A stretch of 49,713 nucleotides of DNA from a virus (lineage: Duplodnaviria > Heunggongvirae > Uroviricota > Caudoviricetes). The first letter of the stretch is position 1; the number at the start of each line of letters is the position of its first letter. The notes beneath the pieces were generated by a model. It made no database searches and was not told the DNA's origin. It saw nothing but the letters and a program-made list of their open reading frames with translations. Both the position numbers and the translations under genes were made by a program. Location: IMG/VR virus record IMGVR_UViG_2529292882_000007; one strand, given 5' to 3'. Positions 47,381 to 49,713 of the stretch are shown piece after piece.

Positions 47381-47588
47381 TATTGCGTCTCCACGGAGGC
47401 AAATTGTTTACTGATATTGGCATAACCGGAGCATCAGGAACTTTAAGAATAATTCCCGCAGAAAAAAGCACCGTAAAGCGGTGCTCAGTATTAGCATCAA
47501 TAAGAAGATAAGACAGGTACTCATTACCATACAACTTTAACGCGATACTATCCCATGAGTCCCCTTGAACCGTTCTATAATCATCCAA
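47370..47588 (-). CDS. LysM-domain tail protein (P2 gpX-like)
   Basis: 72 aa; LysM-like VQGDSWDSIALKLYG. Confidence 0.5.
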   Translation of the reverse strand: MDDYRTVQGDSWDSIALKLYGNEYLSYLLIDANTEHRFTVLFSAGIILKVPDAPVMPISVNNLPPWRRNSVT

Positions 47589-49713
47589 AACTTAATCTCC
47601 GTTGTTGGAACATATGAGCACTCAATTTCTTCTCAAAATCAGAATATCCCGCATCTAATGCTCTTTTAGCTGCCGCCTCAGTTTCCTTTGGTGAACCAGC
47701 CGGAAGATTGATTACAGGTGAATAGGTTATTCCACCAGTCACAGCATTAACGTTCTGGCGAGGTCCAGAAGTCCCGGCGGCAGATATCCCGTGAGGTGAT
47801 AAATTTGATTGCCCGAACTTGGTTGCTATTGCATTCTGTAAGCTGTTATTCCTGCTAACGCCTGATGCCAGAGTAGTCATTATTGCACCACCTGACTTTG
47901 TTAGCTGTGAGAATGGACCTTTTTTCGCGTCAGAGAACGGTAAATACTCACGTACAGAAGAAAAAACGCCTTTCACTTCATTAATTAAAGCATTTGCTTT
48001 TGATTTTATCCCAGTGATTAACGTCTCAATTATTTTTGCGCCTGACTCACTCCAGTTTATTCCAGACAAATAAGCCGTTACAGATTGGAATGCTCTTATA
48101 AAGAGTCCAACTGGTGAAAAACGCATAAAAACAGATACCAGTGTATCTATGATTTTCTTTCCTGTTTCGCTCCAGTTAATACCAGAAAGGTAATTTGTTG
48201 TAAGTTTAAATGCTTTAATTAAGAACGGAAGCGGAGACATCCATTTAAAAGCACTAATTAATGTACTGTAAATTCTTACTCCTGCCGAACTCCAGTTTAT
48301 GTTGGAAAGATAATCCCATGCTTTACCAAACATAGATATAATCCATCCATTGAGATCAAAGTTTAAGATAAAGTTTTTTATAGCTTCAAACGATTTAACT
48401 GTATATTCCTTAACAGAAGGCCAAACTCTGACAGCATAATCTCTGATCTTATCCCAGTTCTGATAGAGCAATATTCCTGCGGCAACCAGCGCAGATATAG
48501 CCATCTGAATCCACCCGAAGGGTGTTAGCTTTGTCGCTACAGATAAAGCCAGCATAGCTACCCTACACGCTATAACCACACTTTTCATGGTTAGAAACGC
48601 ACCTGCCGCCATCACAATCTGAGACACAAAATTGGGGTTGTTAGCTACAAATTCACTAATTTTTGTAATCAGCGGAACCAAAACACTAAGCGCGGCATTC
48701 AAAGCAGGTTGCAAGGCCTGACCAAAACTTAATGATGCATTGCTAGCCTGAATACGTAATTGTTTCAATCGCTCCGCATTGTCTTTCGTTATGTTGGCAA
48801 AATCGCGGTCAATAACAGCACTTCCAGCACCAAGAGATGTTGCTTTGATTCTCTGGTATTCCTTCCAGTTTTGAATCATCGGACGAACAAAGTTCTGAAC
48901 CTGCATATCGCCAAATAGCTCACCAAGTAACTTCTGATCTCCGTTCTTAGTCATTTTCATGACAGAATGCATTGCAGCTTCGAATGGATTCTTCCCTTTT
49001 TTCTGCGCTGTTGTGACAATTTTATATAAATCTACACCGAAATTTTTCTTTGCTTTTTTTAGTGTTTCAGGGGAAAGTATTTTCGCCAAAAAGTTGTTCA
49101 TATTATTAGCAGCCTCATCCGAAGTTGCAGCACCTTTGCGAGCTATCTGCAAAGCTGCCCCCATCGTCGCGGCGGCTTCTTTACCTCCCATTTTTAATGC
49201 CTGGAACTGGGCACCAAGCACAGGAAGATTTTTGGCCATATCTTTAAATTCAAAATTTCCCTCTTTCCCTGCCTGAACCAGAATCCCCATTGCAGACTTC
49301 ATTTGAGATGGATCAATCTTCAATGAGTCACTTAATGTAAATGATGCTTTCGAGACATCGAGGATATCAGAGCCAGTAGCTGTAGCTGTTCGCCCAATAG
49401 TTAGTAGATTCGCCTGAGCCTCTTTATAATCCTGCCCAGCAGCGACGAGAAAACCCTGAGCAGCCTGAATATCAGATGCAAACTGGTTGGTAGCCGTTCC
49501 GGTAACAAGCATCGCCTGCCCCATCGCCTGAACTTCTTCCGGCTTCATATCTGCCGTAAGACCAATCATTTTGTTTTCACGATTGAAATTTGCTGCATTG
49601 TTAGCAGCAGCAAATGCACCAGCCGCTACAGCACCAGTTTGTAATCCTGACCTTACAAGTTGACTCTTTGCCTCACCAAGATGCTCTCGCTTCAATTCAC
49701 GCTGCCTTTCCAA
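47581..49713 (-). CDS. Tail tape measure protein, C-terminal part (N-terminal part at 1..755)
   Basis: 710-aa ORF running off the window end in frame with 1..755; repeated hydrophobic W-containing motifs. Confidence 0.75.
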   Translation of the reverse strand: MERQRELKREHLGEAKSQLVRSGLQTGAVAAGAFAAANNAANFNRENKMIGLTADMKPEEVQAMGQAMLVTGTATNQFASDIQAAQGFLVAAGQDYKEAQANLLTIGRTATATGSDILDVSKASFTLSDSLKIDPSQMKSAMGILVQAGKEGNFEFKDMAKNLPVLGAQFQALKMGGKEAAATMGAALQIARKGAATSDEAANNMNNFLAKILSPETLKKAKKNFGVDLYKIVTTAQKKGKNPFEAAMHSVMKMTKNGDQKLLGELFGDMQVQNFVRPMIQNWKEYQRIKATSLGAGSAVIDRDFANITKDNAERLKQLRIQASNASLSFGQALQPALNAALSVLVPLITKISEFVANNPNFVSQIVMAAGAFLTMKSVVIACRVAMLALSVATKLTPFGWIQMAISALVAAGILLYQNWDKIRDYAVRVWPSVKEYTVKSFEAIKNFILNFDLNGWIISMFGKAWDYLSNINWSSAGVRIYSTLISAFKWMSPLPFLIKAFKLTTNYLSGINWSETGKKIIDTLVSVFMRFSPVGLFIRAFQSVTAYLSGINWSESGAKIIETLITGIKSKANALINEVKGVFSSVREYLPFSDAKKGPFSQLTKSGGAIMTTLASGVSRNNSLQNAIATKFGQSNLSPHGISAAGTSGPRQNVNAVTGGITYSPVINLPAGSPKETEAAAKRALDAGYSDFEKKLSAHMFQQRRLSFG

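Noticed and set aside
1-49713. Search for CRISPR arrays, reverse transcriptase/retron, or tyrosine integrase with attP
   Set aside because: No regularly spaced short repeats, no RT-like ORF and no integrase-like ORF were seen; the only site-specific recombinase is the tail-fibre invertase.

Overview
The window appears to be a complete, circularly closed temperate phage genome of about 49.6 kb (the first and last 95 nt are identical) that also carries plasmid maintenance functions, i.e. a candidate phage-plasmid. All calls are from reading the sequence and ORF track; no searches were run, so product names rest on remembered family motifs. Most genes are on the minus strand. Structural genes: lambda-like head/packaging module (small and large terminase, gpW, portal, ClpP/S49 prohead protease, decoration protein, major capsid) and a Mu/P2-like contractile tail (sheath, tube, frameshifted chaperone, tape measure spanning the window junction, baseplate genes, tail fibre, tail-fibre chaperone). 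A Hin/Gin-family invertase sits next to a 2.7 kb invertible tail-fibre segment bounded by gix-like inverted sites. Plasmid-type functions: an IncFII-like RepA with a predicted CopA-like antisense RNA and DnaA-box origin, a ParA plus small ParG-like partition pair, and a HigB/HigA-like toxin-antitoxin pair. Regulation: a CI/Cro-like switch with ACCAC-N5-GTGGT operators, a second immunity-like region (HTH repressor, direct-repeat operators, structured leader, small ORF, antirepressor-like gene), a Q-like antiterminator, and a 102-122 bp promoter/leader cassette present three times. Other content: lysis cassette (holin, GH108 endolysin, spanins), a phage tRNA (anticodon CAU), an MT-A70 adenine methyltransferase, and a cluster of ParB-like proteins including a ParB-N/SAM-methyltransferase fusion. 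No integrase, CRISPR array or reverse transcriptase was seen. The best candidates for something undescribed are the ParB/methyltransferase cluster and the small-protein operons driven by the repeated promoter cassette.
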